Assembly: GCA_965153355.1 (NCBI GenBank)
Contig: OZ231126.1
Span: forward strand, 29,202,001-29,266,000
Origin: Flaccisagitta enflata
Lineage: Eukaryota
DNA: 64,000 nucleotides
Reading direction: 5' to 3'
A model generated the notes under the pieces. The model made no database searches and was not told the DNA's origin. It worked only from the letters and a program-made list of their open reading frames with translations. Shown here in pieces: positions 1 to 14,612 of this stretch. A program made the position numbers and the translations under genes. How positions within the stretch are numbered: the first letter of the stretch is position 1; the number at the start of each line of letters is the position of its first letter.

Positions 1-144
1 TCGCTGAAATTGACTAATTTCGTCATGAAAGGTTAATCCATTAACGCTAAGGCTTTTTCTCATTTGGTAAAAAAATTCAATCAAATTATCAACCTCAGAG
101 AAAAAGAATCCAGTGGTTGTCTTAAGTTTCTTTTGAGTAACATA

Positions 145-850
145 CACTGCGAACCATAAAAAAGGAAACAGCTGTTCTTTAAGATATTTCTTATGAAAAA
201 AAACCTTTATTTTCTTGGTGAGAAATGTAAAGAGTGTTATCAAATGAAGCTAATGTCACAAATCCCACGAGTTTTCATTGATTATTATAGGTTTTACAGT
301 AAAAAGAAAATATGGTATCAGAATCTGTGTATGAACTGTGACTTCATCAAAAAAATATAAAAAAGAGACCTTTATAACTTGATTTTTATCATTTGCAGTA
401 CAGGAAATCAATTAAAATCATAGATCATTTGAAAGATATTTAAAAGAGCTTTCATTTGCCGCCAATCTCACATTTTTATCTCAATTTGTTCAGACACAGT
501 GAAGGAAAGATTGAAGAGTATCGATTTTCAAGTTTGAAAGGTGCATTACCAAAATGTACCCATTTAACTCCAAACAAATGTCATTTCCAAACGAGTAAAG
601 CTAGGAGGATGGGATTGGTCTAGAATAAAAGATCTTTTGAAAATCTTTCATAGGTCACTGATTTTGTCTACTTTCTTCTACTCAAACATGGATAGTATAT
701 GAAAAGAAAATGATCCTTCATTCTTGAAATTTGTGTGATGAAAAAATTTTTCTTTTGTCATTTATAAAAGGTTTAAATCAAGTGAAATCCTGTCAAAATC
801 CATGACATTGAAAAAGCCCTGCAAAAAATCTGTCCTTTGAGCTGTTTCTG
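145..850 (-). mobile_element. Partial inverted copy of the 10975-11956 element
   Basis: ta|cactgcgaaccataaaaaagg...; reverse complement of ~11250-11956. Confidence 0.8.
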
Positions 851-1364
851 GAGTTACCAGTAGGGATGAAACTTATGCAGGGATTCTTGAACCGGTCTGT
901 ACAGGCTGTCTAAGTGAACTAATCTAGAGGTTTAAACCCAGAAACCCCATCAAAATAGTCGGGAACCTACCTAGCGGGACCCTTGCCCCTGCCCTTGGAT
1001 TTAGCCTTTTCGCCAAGGAGGAAGAGGAAAACCCCATGTTAAACCAATGGGAGGCGGATTGACCATTTGTTTCAACGTCATTTTGTTATATACCAACTAT
1101 TTTCTTTGTACAATGTGTTAATAACATTGTCATGAAACCTATTTAGCTTCCTTATCTGCTGAAACATTTCCTTTTTTGTTGAGGACATGCAACTCTATAT
1201 AAGGGGCTCTGTCTGTCCATCTGTTGGTCCATCTGTTAGCTGATCACGTTTTGAGTTGAAAATGCAATAAATACGCAGTTATTATTGAGTGCAGTGTGTG
1301 TTGGTGTGTGTGTGGTTTTATGTGTAGGTGTGTGTGGAAGGGGATAAGGTTGTTGTCCCCAGGG

Positions 1365-1431
<67 letters not shown>

Positions 1432-3596
1432 GATTTATTTGTTGTTGTTGTTGATGTTGTTGTCACATGCATCATAGCTAGATTTGGAGCTGTCAGAATA
1501 CAGTGTGATTGAGTCAGGGGGGGGGGCTGGGGGTTGGATACCCCTGCTTGCCCTACCATGATATTGTGACCAGGCATGTAGAGGTGTAGATTATGGAGTA
1601 GCGGGTGGCGCCAAAACTTGGCCTTTTGGGCAGTAGAAAAGAAAAGAAGAAGAAGCAGAAGAAGAAGAAGCAGAAGAAGAAGAAGAAGAAGAAGAAGAAG
1701 AAGAAGAAGAAGCAAAAAGAAGAAGAAGAAGAAGAAAAAGAAAAAGAAAAAGAAAAAGAAAAAGAAAAAGAAAAAGAAAAAGAAAAAGAAGAAGAAGAAG
1801 AAGAAGAAAAAGGAGAAGAAGTGAGAAAAGAAAAGAGAGAAGAAAGTAAGGAAGGTATGAGGGAAGAATGAAAGAAGAATGGTACGAAAGATGTAAGGAG
1901 GGATAGAGGGAAGGATGGAAGGATGAATGGATGGAAGGAAGGAAGGATGAAAGAATGGATGGAAGTGAGAATGGAAGGAAGGATGGAAGGAAGGGGGAAA
2001 GGAGAGAGGGAAAAAAAGAAATGTAGAAAGAACGCTCTTGTATGTCAAATTGCTCATGTTTGTACATGGTCTTTTGATCAGATTGACTTATCCTTATATG
2101 CTAACCTTTACACCTGTAGCTAAAAAAGCATTGGACGAAGTTGTGTTTATCTGCTTGGTATCTCCAGACACATTGATGTGAAAGCCTGGGATCAATCTTT
2201 AATGTTAAGAAAAATTGTACATTTTAGTTTAGCACAAAAACTTGATGCTGCTTTCATGTTTGGACACATGAAACACGTATTTGCTTGAATTGACTTATCT
2301 TGCATTGTATTTGTGATTAAATGAACTAATTCCCTAAGCGTTGCAATACTTTTGTCCTAGGTATTATAAGTCGCGTGCAGGACATAAATAGCTTAAGATG
2401 ACTTAAATTGACTTAAAATGACTTGAAATGACTTTAAAAAAATTGAAATGACTTAAAAGAACTTAAAATGACATAAATGACTGTATTGACCTGATTGAAT
2501 AAAGTGACTTGATATAACTTAATATGACTTAAGACACAGAATAATTTAGGGAGGAATTTCTTATTCATGCATAAGTTAAGAATTTTTCATAATTGCTGAT
2601 TTTTCCCCAAAATTTTTGATAAAGGACTTACTACATCTTAGTTTAAGACATATTTTGCATATTGGCAAGCTTATTTGCCCCTGCAACATTCAGGAAATCA
2701 TTTTTTCTTAATTTTTCATAATTTTGAATATTTTTGCTATTGTTAGACATAAATTCCAAAATATTGATTTAAAGTTATCCATTGAAAATTGATAAAAAAA
2801 TGAAAATAAGTCCTTTGATCTAGCCATTGGTGAAATCTGCTGGTCCTAATCTGCTTTTATCAAAGTTTGATATTCTTTGGAAAATAAAAGTTATCGAGAT
2901 TAGATTTTCTATTTTGTCACCTGACTTGTGCCCACTGAAAATAACAAATTTGCATAAGGATTCAAAAATTACAAAAACCAAGAACGTGCGACTCTTGTAA
3001 ATTAGTATATCTAAAGTCGTATGTTTTAGAAAGTGCAAATTTTTGACCCATTTTACAGATTTGTTATTTTCAAGAAAAACTTATCACATTTTTTGTTACA
3101 CATATTTGCCCTATTTTTGCTCTGAATTATGTTTCAGAGGATGAGTACGATTGTTCCAGAGACAAAAAATTCGGCGATGTCTTTGCTATTCATACCATTT
3201 GCTTCCTGATAAAAACCATTTGTTGCATTTTAAAGAATATTCATCATAAACTAGGAAAAAATGAATCAAAAGCGCCTGAATAAAAAATGCGATACGATTG
3301 TGCAGCATGTCTTAAAATGACTTATGACTTAGAAGGACTTAGAATGACTTAGAATGACTTAGAATGACTTGGAATGACTTAGAATGACATTTGGAAAGGA
3401 GCTGTGAGCCCAAAAGGCTTAAAAGTGCCAAAAAAGTAAAAAGGGGACAGACAGTTTTTGCCGGTTTTGCTCAGGATGCGCGGCAATTTTCATATTTGGA
3501 TCTCAAAACCCAGTTTCAGGCCTCACTGTGCTTTTATAAAAATTCTCAGTGGAAAGTCATATAACTGTGGGTTTTTCTGCATTTTTGAGCAGTATT

Positions 3597-4065
3597 GGGA
3601 TGTAAGAGCATGTAACTAGCAAAAATAAAATCATTCCCCGAGCGCTTTATGAGTAATCTTCAAAATAGAAAAAAAATCAAACCTATTTGTAATGCAGATT
3701 CTAATAAGTTATATTGGCCCATTTTTTTATTCCATATTGTTATTCTATACAAAATTTCCTTTCATTTGATAGGTCACACTATATGGTTTTATACAGAAAT
3801 TAGGTTTTCATATTTTGAGCCACCGTTACTTGCATATAACGGGTGACTCAAAAATGAAAATTTTAATTCTTTACAAAGATATAAGTGCGACCTATCAAAT
3901 GAAAGGAAATTTTGCATAGATTAACAATATAGAATCAGAAATTTAGTGAACACATCCCACAAGAATTGGCATTGAAATTATGTCTATTTTTTTCTGATTT
4001 TGAAGGATACTCAAAAAGCGCTCAGGGAATGATTTTGTTTTTGCTAGTTACATGCTCTTACACCC
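3597..4065. mobile_element. Fold-back / long inverted repeat
   Basis: tgtaagagcatgtaactagcaaaaataaaatcattcc (3601-) vs ggaatgattttgtttttgctagttacatgctcttaca (-4061); inner arms tttcctttcatttgataggtc / gacctatcaaatgaaaggaaa. Confidence 0.75.
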
Positions 4066-4155
4066 CAATCAAGAGAAAATGGTGGAAGACAAGGCTCTCG
4101 TCTCACAGGCAAGCTCTTCGCCAAACAAAGCACAGTGGCCTGGGCTGACGGATGG

Positions 4156-4215
<60 letters not shown>

Positions 4216-4283
4216 GCAATTTCCAATAAAGGCGCCTAATCGCCGTAGGAAAAATTATAAATGAGGAGAGAATAGAGAGAGAG

Positions 4284-4315
<32 letters not shown>

Positions 4316-5449
4316 GGACTGAGACAGAGATCAGGAAGTAAAGAAGAAGGAGAGGAAAAAAAGAAAAAAAAAAAAAGAAAGAAAATTCATGGGATGTATA
4401 ACTCGCCCATGATAGCAATTCCCAAAACATGATCAGTAGACACAGTTTAACACTCCTCTGTGCCAGCTTACCTGTTTTATTGCTTTAAGGAAGAAATCAT
4501 TGACTTGGTAGCAATGTGCTATCGGGAAGAAATCAAAGAGCAGGAGGGGAAATAATCAAAGGTTATGGAACTATATCACCCCTGTCTTGAAAGTCATAAT
4601 ATAGTTTTATCAAATCTTTGGTTTTTACCATCTCCATATCATTTCAGTGTGTTGAGGGCTTGAATTTACTATCTATATTGCTCATATGCTTTCACTTCAA
4701 TTATCATGAGTCCTTTTACCCAAAAGGCAGAAGGGCGAACAGACAGAAGCAATGACAGAGTAGTAGATTAAACTCTTATAACATGTTTGTTGATCATCTG
4801 ACTAAATATAAGATATCTCCGCCGCCAAAGATAGCAAAGAAAACTTTTTTTTGCACAGGCATAATGGACAGACAGATGGATAAACAGACGGACAGTCTCT
4901 CTTAAAGTGTTGCTTCCAGATTCACGCATCTTAAAAGAAAATGATATGCTTAACATGTAATCATAATGAATATATCATTTAAGTAAGTCACAATAGTTGC
5001 AATTGCATTCAAACACCTATGTACGTTCAAGATTGTCAAAAAGCTCATTTGCATATTGCAGTAAATTATGAATTTGTACAATTACGCATAGGCGTCATTT
5101 CTGACATCAATAAATACATCGTAAATGTGTTTGAATACATTTAACTAATGATAGATTATTGTTTTATGTATTTTTGGTTAATATCATTGATTTTATTGAA
5201 CTATATGAATCAATTTTTTCATGCTCTTTTTAAACCTTGGTTGAAAACGACCTATGTTTATAGACTATGTTTTCAGACAAATTCTTGTCATCCAGCCCCA
5301 GGGGTGATGGGTGCTCGCTCGAGGGGTTCCCCATTAAAAATCGCACATTGGCATATCCAAAAATGAAGAAAACATAGCAGAAAACCTGTTACCCGACCGT
5401 CACACTTGTAGCTGATATCCACTGTACTAAACTTTCACGCCTATTACCA

Positions 5450-5717
5450 GATCAATTTGTTTAGAAATTACAACAGTTTTAGTAAAATTTGTTCTCCATA
5501 AACTATGAAAGAAAATCTATCGTTTTCCCAAATAGGTTTTGATACATTTGTCTTCATTTTAACATGAAATCCAAATTGATCAAATTTGATGGGGCTGGTG
5601 GCAAATTGTTCATTTTTGGAAGCTCTTTAAAATGCTCAAGAATAACAATTAAATTTGTTGAATTTAAACCATGTAAAATAAGAATCATAGTTGTTTCCTT
5701 TTTTATGAGTCGCACTG
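5450..5717 (-). mobile_element. Partial inverted copy of the left end of the 10975-11956 element
   Basis: ...ttttatgagtcgcactg|ta; gatacatttgtcttcattttaacat matches ~11130-11155 reversed. Confidence 0.75.
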
Positions 5718-5769
5718 TAGGTTCTTTTTGCGACAGTCCGATCTAAAAGCGGTGAATTTGAATGATGTA

Positions 5770-6100
5770 ATATCATCTGACATGGCGCATCATGAGGTAT
5801 TTGCCAACAACATTAGATGGGAAAGTATATAAGCGATCTATTGTCATCAAATATGGCACACCATGAGATGGTTGTGGACGACATTGGAAGGAAAAGTATT
5901 CAAGTGACCATCTGACATGGTACAATGTGATGTATATGTCGACAATATTGAATGGGAAAGTATTTCAGTGATCTACTATCATCTGTCATGGCACACCTTG
6001 ACATTTTTGTTGACAACACTGGGTGGGAAAGCATTAAAGCGATCTAATATCATCTGTCATGGCACACCGTGTGATATTTGTCGACGACATTGGGTGGAAA
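5770..6100 (+). repeat. Degenerate ~60-bp minisatellite
   Basis: Recurrent catctg(a/t)catggcac...acattg...gggaaag units. Confidence 0.7.
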
Positions 6101-6235
6101 GGCGAATCAATAAATTCGTGAGATTGCATTCAGACTCAAATCAGAGGAGGAAAGGAAGAAAAAGAGAGGCAAGTCTCTCAATCAAGCCCCATTGCGAGAG
6201 AGATCGAGAGCGAGAGCGAGAGAAAGAGAGAGAGC

Positions 6236-6261
<26 letters not shown>

Positions 6262-6266
<5 letters not shown>

Positions 6267-7836
6267 GTAGAATAGAGGGAGAACCATGTCCTTTCCTTAA
6301 CTAAGATTTAATTATCTATCATAATACTTTGAAACCTAGTGGGAGAGGTCTGTTCATAATTTGGATGCAAATCAAGCACATTGTGCTTTTTGTGAACATT
6401 TTTCAATCTATGCTGGCATGCAGAAACTCTCGACAAGAAAGCCACCAGTTTACTGCTTAAAATCTCAATTTTCTAAAAGGCCAAATTGACTAGCTTAAAC
6501 TAATAGGAAAGCTTGAGGTTGAACATAAGTACATCCATTCTGCAACACGGTGGATCAATATCAAAATTTCAAAGATCAGGCCTGGTAAATTTTATAATTA
6601 ACAATGAAAAGTGAATGTATTAATATAACATATATACTTACTACTTGGCAGCATTTAAAATCATGATCGGTTAACCATTTTTGATTTTTTACTCTAGCGC
6701 CTCTTGATATACACTTTGGAAAAGTCTACCACCAAGAAAATGATCCACATAAAAATTCAAATTTAGCGCTCAAACGCTGCGACTCCAGTCTCGGCATGAT
6801 TCTCCGGTGTCTGGCGCTTTATAAGAAGTTTTTTCAACATTTGGGTGGTTTGTCTATGGTAATGGATAGTCAAGAAATGACATAGGAAAAAATTGGGTCA
6901 AAAAGTTCAATACGTTTTTAGAAATATAAGCGTTTTTGTCTTTTTAAGATGTGATATATAATATATCATATGAAATATAGGTTACAATGAGTTTTTTAGC
7001 ATTTTGGGTAGTTGGTCATGGTAGTGGATAGTACTCAGGAAAAAACGACATTAGGAAAAAGATCCAGGTCAAAAAATTGATTTTTTCTTAAGTTAGAAGC
7101 GATTTTTGCCTTTTTATAATATGATATTTATAAGTCAGAATGGACATGCTTAATCAATGAATATTGACTTTAAAACTGAAAATTTAGATTATAAATTCAA
7201 ACCATCATAATTCAGTCAGACCAAAGATAGATTTGCAAATTTAAAGGAAAACAAACACCCTAATGTTTATGAAGAGTCACCTGTTTTAAAGGGTGTAGAA
7301 TAGAGAGAACCATGTCCTTTCATATTTTAAAGATGATATCTATCAACTATTACTTTTGAAACCTGATGGTCTGTTCATAGTTTGGATGTATGAGTGCTTA
7401 CATTGTGAAAAAAAAACTGAACATTTTTTCAATCATATGTACTGCCTCTCGACAGGGAAAGCCTGGGATTTTTAAGCAAATCCCCTCAATTTTCAAAGGC
7501 TAATTTCATTTACTTAAACCTAATAGGAAAGCTTAAGATTGAACATAGAAGTACATCCATGCTACAACACAGCAGATCAATATCAAATTTAAGATCAGAA
7601 ATACAAGTAAATTTTCCAAGATTGCTGGCAGTGAATGTATTATGCGTACCTGCCCTTTTTCCTCCAGCCTTTAAAATGTAATAGGTTAGCTCATTTTTTG
7701 AGGTTTTTTTATCTGAGCGCTTCCTCTTGATCTTTTGCTGGAAAAGAGGTCTACAGAAAATGAATCTATAAGAAAATTCAAATTTAAGCGCTCAGAAGCG
7801 ACACTGTAGCTCAGTCTCAGCATGATTCTCCAGTGA
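6262..7836 (+). repeat. Diverged ~550-bp direct repeat (6262-~6810 and 7291-~7836)
   Basis: Both copies run from gggtgtagaatagag..gaaccatgtccttt to gcatgattctcc(g/a)gtg. Confidence 0.8.
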
Positions 7837-7896
<60 letters not shown>

Positions 7897-8440
7897 CGCC
7901 AAAACAACATTTGCATATTGGTGTAGAATGGACAAAATAAGTTTTTGGTTCTTAATCATGTTTGAGTTTATTCGAAATCAACACAGATGCGACAATTTGC
8001 AGTTGCAGTTGAAATCGATTGCCATGCAACAAGGCCGGATACACGGCTACCCATGTCGCGTGCGGGTGAGCAGGGGTTGTATTTGAGGTCACTTGATCAC
8101 TTGAGCAGTGAGTACAAAGACTGCAAAAACCCTAAAGAGGTAAAGTGCGACTGACGGACGAACGAGCCGACATAGCGGGATGTAGAGTCGTGTAGCACGC
8201 GACTAAAAATTGTTTTTATAAAAGGTCTTCTTTCTTTAGTGCAGCCCAAGGTGTGCCGAAAGGCCATAAGAGCTTGATATCGATATGGGCTGCATGACAT
8301 CGATGTCAGATGCATGCTGGTGCCCCTTCCCGAGCAATACTTTGTCAACTTAATGACATCCTGTACCTGAACCGACAAAACCAAACCAATCGAACATTGG
8401 CCAAAGGAGAGAAGAAAAGACATTCATAGAAAAGATTATA

Positions 8441-10502
8441 GGCTAATGTCACAATCTCTTTTCGACGCAAGAACCCGACTTACTACCACGTTATCAGTGT
8501 TTCCGCAATGTCTATTGCATTGTGACAATTTTATATAGTTTGATGACCTACCTGACTACCTGGATTACCTTGCCAAACCATTTTTTGTGACCACCCCTAC
8601 CCCTAGGGGGCCTGAAAATAAGGTCAAAATGGCCACATTGGCATGTCCGGATTTTGTCCGGACAAGCAGATAACAAGCAAACCATATCAAAAAATAGATT
8701 ATCTGATCATTTCTCAGCTTTTAATCAGTTATCATCGATCCAATGTGATGTACAAAAAATTTCATCCCACTACGCAAATGCTAAGTTGTTCAAATATCGT
8801 ATCATTATCAAATTTTGATCCTTCTAATTTTTTGCTATTTCATGGCAAAATCTGAGTATGCTGATTATCTTTTTTTAAAAGACTTAATTCTCAAAGTTAA
8901 TCTTTTTTTTCAGGTTTCTATCTAATAGACTATGAAAGATATGCTCCAGAATTTCCATGCCACTGTGACGCCCCCAATCCCGCGTAATGACACTTTTCTC
9001 CAAGCGTGATTATTCCGCACACCCCCCCAGCTCTTCTGTCACGCTCATGTCACGCTTAAAGTCTGTCACTGTCACGCCATTGTGAAACTGATAATGAAAA
9101 TTTAAATGACACGATGAGAAAGAGCATGAAATTTTGCCTCTACACTGAAAATTTCAGGTCTTAACTCCCGGGCATTCAGCTAAAATGAAATTTTCAATGT
9201 TATTGGTCGGTAAATTGTTGCAGAATAATCACGCTTCACAAATCACAGTGAATCTTCATAGTTAAGTCACAGTGCAAACGAGCACGCAATTTGACAAGTC
9301 AAAACGATTTATACAATATTTTCTGTTTTTATCTATTCAAAGATTTTTTATTGAGATAAAGGTTTCGTAGTTGGTAATCATCAATTTTTCCTTGACGTTT
9401 TCTGTACATATATTGGAAATGTGAAAAAGGATGCCAAATTGGATTTTTACAAAAATTGATTCTTGCCATAACATGTCTCCGTGAAAACCAGATCTATCTC
9501 AGTTAAAATTTGCATTTTGAAAAACTGCAGCATCCAGTCTAAACACTTTTAAGAAACAGGCCATAATTTAAGTAAAATTTCTCTAGGTCGATTTTTTCTG
9601 TGTAACACCTAATATTTTTCATTGGGTTCTGCAGAAAATCATTTATTTACTCTAGGTAGCCTTGTGGCTTTACCGATGCAAGATCAATATAATGGTCAGT
9701 CGCGCTTTTACAATCAATTTAGAAGATTGTATAAAACATATAAAACTTTGGTTTTATTATATTTTAAATGCATAGCAGCGTATTCCATCCTGAAACAGAA
9801 CAATTTATTCAAATTGTTTTATTCTGCACCGACAATTCTTTGGTATCAGCGCATGTTTGCTCTCCCAGCAAGATGGCCTTACAAAAAAATAATGAAATGC
9901 CCATATCCAGGAAACCCTTTGAGAGAGACTATAGATTTTTGATGGATCAGTACTGTACTGAAACGATTACAAACACAGAGCTTTGGGCATCTTGGGACAC
10001 ATCTAACTAACCTTCAGCCAACCAGCTACCACCCAAAATAAAAAACCAGCATATTTTATCTAAATATTTGTGATTTGGCTGAAATTTACAGTGTGGTTCT
10101 TTCAGAGAATGTTTCCTTTAATTGATCTATTGGAGGAAGATTTGCGTAAGTTATATAATGACCGACGCTAAAGCTGTATGAAGGGAATTTCAAAAGAATT
10201 AAATCTCAATTTTTTCAGCACGATCCAGGTCTGATTGATTGTGAACTGTGATTTAGTCAAATATTCCACATTTCTGGGTTTTTGCTATTTATAACATTTC
10301 AATTTTTGCTATTTTTGATGCGTTATTTGGTTGCATTTCAGCCTAATTTACATGAAAATTGAGGATCAGTAACAAAATTCAGTTTTTGAACCATGTTCAT
10401 ATTGACATAAGCTATCTGATTATGAATGTTTTTGTCAAATTTTCTCAATTTTGAAATTGACCTTTTTCGCTATCTCGCAAAAAAGAGATTATAGAAACAG
10501 CC
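8441..10502. mobile_element. Non-autonomous TIR element with GGCT...AGCC ends and apparent ttata TSD
   Basis: ttata|ggctaatgtcacaatctctttt ... aaaagagattatagaaacagcc|ttata. Superfamily not assigned. Confidence 0.6.
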
Positions 10503-10974
10503 TTATAGTGGGGCCGGATAAACGACCAATAAGAATTCACTTTTGGATGGGCAGGGGCAGTAATGCGAGTGAGTAGGGGCAATATGTGTCAGGGCGGGGG
10601 CTGGGCAGGGGCAGTGTTGCTTTGAAATCACTATTTCAGTCGATTTCGCATTACCCAAAATTTCGCGTCAACAACTAACCAACTACCTACCTACCCAGGG
10701 ACACACCCTTTCATAGCGAATACAAATATATAAAAAAACAAAAAACAGGAAAAACACTAAGTAAAGTAGTCAAAACGAAATTGTGTACTCGAAACTTCTT
10801 GTTGCGCAACGCGTTTGAAGAACGCGAGCAAAGGGCACATTCATCAGGCGATAAGTCGCATAAAACTGCCGGTATGAGTATTAAGTAGGCCATCATCAAG
10901 CCCCATTGGTGATATAAAGGAAATGGAAGAAAGAAAAATAAGGCGAAAAAAAAAACAGTAAAAACAACTACATA

Positions 10975-11956
10975 CAGTGCGACTCATAAAAAAAGTTACA
11001 ACTTTCAGTATAGTTTTACATTGTTTGAATTTAACCAGTCTTACTGTTATTCATGAGCATTTTAAAGAGCTTCAAAAAATAAACAATTTGCCACCAGTCC
11101 CATCAAGTTTGATCAATTAAGTTGGATTTTATGTTAAAATGAAGACAAATGTATCAAAAATTACATGGGAAAACAACAGATTTTCTGTTATAGTTTTTAA
11201 AGGACAAATTTTACAAAAACAATTGTAATTTGTAAACCAATCGAGCTCCAGAAACGGCTCAAATGACAGATTTTTTGAAGGGCTTTCTCAATGTCATTGA
11301 TTTTGATAGGTTTTTACTTGATTTGAACCCTTGATGAATGACAAAAGAAAGAATTTTTTCATCACTTAAATCTAAAAAATTAATGATCTTTTTTTCCTCT
11401 TAAGATATCCATGTTTGAATAAAAAGACAAAGTCAGTGACCATTTGAAAGATTTTCATAAGATCTTTCTTTCTAGACCAATCCCAGCCTCCTAGCTTTAT
11501 TCATTTGGATTTGACATTGGTTTGAAATTAAATGGGTACATTTTGGTGATGCACCTTTTCAAACTTGAAAATGAATACTCTTCAGTCTTTTCTTTACTGC
11601 GTCTGAACAAATTGAGCTAGAACTGCGAGATTGGCAGGAAATGAAAGCTCTTTTAAATATCTCTCAAATGATCTATGATTTCAATTGATTTCTTGCAGTG
11701 CAAATGACAAGAATCAAATATAAAAGGTCCCTTATTTATATCATTTCAAGAATTTACAGTTCAGACACAGATCCTGGAACCATTATCTTCTTTTTATCAT
11801 AAAATCAAAAATAATTGATGAATACTCATGGGATTTGTGACATTCACTTCATTTGATGACACTCTTTCCATTTCTCACAAAAAAGTATTGATAAATCATT
11901 TCTTTCACCAGAAATATCATTAAGAATGGCTGTAACCTTTTTTATGGTTCGCAGTG
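10975..11956. mobile_element. Tc1/mariner-type non-autonomous element (TA TSD), full length
   Basis: ta|cagtgcgactcataaaaaaagttacaac ... gctgtaaccttttttatggttcgcagtg|ta; other copies at 145-~850 and ~5450-5717. Confidence 0.8.
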
Positions 11957-12230
11957 TATTCATCGCTTGAACGCTTCTTCCCTTTCCTTTCTATGCCCCT
12001 GAATCTTTATCTTCTTTTTATCATAAAATCTAAAATAATTGATGAATACTCATGGGATTTGTGACATTCACTTCATTTGATGACACTCTTTCCATTTCTC
12101 ACAAAAAAGTATTGATAAATCATTTCTTTCACCAGAAATATCATTAAGAATGGCTGTAACCTTTTTTATGGTTCGCAGTGTATTCATCGCTTGAACGCTT
12201 CTTCCCTTTCCTTTCTATGCCCCTGAATCT
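11783..12230 (+). repeat. 224-bp near-identical tandem duplication including the transposon end
   Basis: ttatcttctttttatcataaaatc...cccctgaatctt starts at 11783 and again at 12007. Confidence 0.9.
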
Positions 12231-13619
12231 TCACTTCAGTTACATCCTTAACATTTATGTATTAGTTCTTTTTAGATGCGTCATCGCATCTCTATAAGAG
12301 GGTCTGTCCGTCCTTCCGTCCGTCCGTCCGTCCGTCCGTCCGTCCGTCCGTCCGTTACGCCTCTTCTAATATCCTGCAGATGACGCATCTAGTTGCCCGA
12401 TCGGGCTTGTTTTTACATGCGCCAAAGCACGTTTGTAAGAGGATCTGTCCGTTGGTGGGTTGTAGGTTGGCCTTGTTTAACATAGTATCATATTGTTATT
12501 AACGCGCCTAACTTACACCTTGCTCCTTCCTCTACCATTATATAATGTATGTATTCACACACATAAAATGTGGAGCGCATTCAGACAAATTGCCAAATTA
12601 TGCTTCTCTGTCTTCTCGTTTCTCTCTTTAAGATGCTTTGTCCCTCCGTTGGATTGTCCGTTGGTCCATCGGTCTGTGATGATCGGGTCGAAAATTGTGA
12701 AAACACACATTTATGATGCTGCAGTCATGATTGTCTGTCTCAGTGTCTGTGTGAGTGAGCATGGAGTGGGGGAGGGTATGGATGGGGGTTGTATGCCCCT
12801 TCCCACCCGTCCGCAACGTTTTTGTTACCCCGCGTCACTTGCTCCTCTTCTACCTCGTCTCTCTCTCTCTTTCTTCTTTTGCTTGGACGTTTTTATCTGA
12901 CATGTGCACGATTTGGTCTAATGAAGTTGGACAAGACAGAAAAACGAACTTTTTAGTTGCGTGCTACGCGACTCTACACCCCGCTTTGTCGGTCCGTCCG
13001 TCGCACATTGGGCCATGACCCAGAAAGTTTCAATCTGATTTAAAATGTCATAATATGTCGAGAAAAACACTTTTCCAGTTTTCTTTAAACGTCAGCTAAC
13101 GTCAGCTAGATGCTACCATAGTGACTACCTCAAGACATTAAGAAATATGGTGGGCATGTCACTAGGTGTGGAGGATGTGTGCGCAATTCTGACGTTCACG
13201 GGAATAAAACGAAATTCATTTTTCTGCAATATGTAAATTATGCGACTTTCCCGGAAGAAAAAAGCCAGCGAAGAGAAACCTAAACATCTTTTCTTGTCCC
13301 AAGTCAATCGAAGCTTTTGTTTGTTGTCACGTAACCTTGGTTACGCCATTCAGCAAATCGTTTCAGTGCCGCTTTGTTCATTACATGTAGTGGGACTATG
13401 ACAGTGATCACTATGCAACGTTACAACTCCTCTTGTCGTAGAAGTTTTGGTCGTTGATGTAGGGAGGCAAATTAAACAACAAAAACAACTACAACAACAT
13501 CAGCAATTAATAACAACGACAACAAAAAAACAAAACAACAAAGATGTCAATGACGACGAGAACAATTATGGCACAACATCAACAATAACGATGACAATAA
13601 CAACAATGACAACAAAAAT

Positions 13620-13662
<43 letters not shown>

Positions 13663-13704
13663 AAACAACAACAACAACAACGATGATGAAAACAACATTG
13701 AGAA

Positions 13705-13812
<108 letters not shown>

Positions 13813-14392
13813 CGGCGATAGCAACTGACTGTCTAATGTTTATCTATTTGCTCTCTTATTTTCCAGAAAGGCAGAGAGGCTAAGAGAGAGAGAGAGAGAG
13901 AGAGAGTCAGACAGACAGACAGACAGACAGACAAACATAAACGTATGAAGTTACTAATCCGATTGCCCTTTTAAAATGAGGTACGGCTCTACGATCGTTG
14001 AATACCCCACTGATGAACGATGAATGTTTTCATCTTCTTTCGGGGGCGGAGACGAGGGGAGCATTGTCCATTTGCAAGTAGACGTAGGTGGCGTTTCATA
14101 CGCCCATAATAACTAGGATGGCATTTTAAACGCCTGTTAGAATGGTGTTGTCACTGTCGCGCATGACTGTGCATAACTGCGTTTGCCTGTTAAAGCGGCG
14201 TCGCGAATGTCCGTGGAAGCACTATCCTAAGATTCTCGGAAGCGGCATCGTTTGTAAGAACAGCGATGTTCAAAACGATGTCGAGATTGACAGGGAGGAC
14301 GATTGAAAACAATTTTAGTAGAGGACACGCGACTCTACACCTTACCGTGTCGGTCGTTCGGTCGGTCGGTCGCATTTTTGAGATCTGAGCGG

Positions 14393-14612
14393 TTTTTAGT
14401 TGCGGACACGCAACTCTATCAGAGGCTTTGTCCGTCCGTTGGTCTGTCCGTCGGTCCGTCGGTCCATGGTGATCGAGTTGGAAAGTGTGAAAACGCGCAT
14501 TTCCGCCCCTGCCCACCCGTCCGCAACTGTAATTGGCCGTGTATCCGGCCTTGTTGCAATACTGCTCCTGCCCAACCGTCCGCGACTGGATTGCCGTGTA
14601 TCCAGCCTTGTT
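14393..14612 (+). mobile_element. Short interspersed DINE-1/Helentron-like element (representative copy)
   Basis: tttttag + palindrome (ttgcggacacgcaa / tcgcgtgcacgcga) + ctcta + (GTCC/GTCG)n + gcccctgcccacccg + gccgtgtatccggccttgtt. Related copies near 8030, 12270, 12950, 26280, 29170, 33517, 36727, 46810, 49110, 51680 and 60290. Confidence 0.65.

Noticed and set aside
8230-10900. Possible minus-strand exons (VQDVIKLTKYCSGRG... at ~8230-8366; ...CDLSPDECALCSRSS... at ~10790-10870)
   Set aside because: No recognisable domain and incomplete splice signals; no model could be built.
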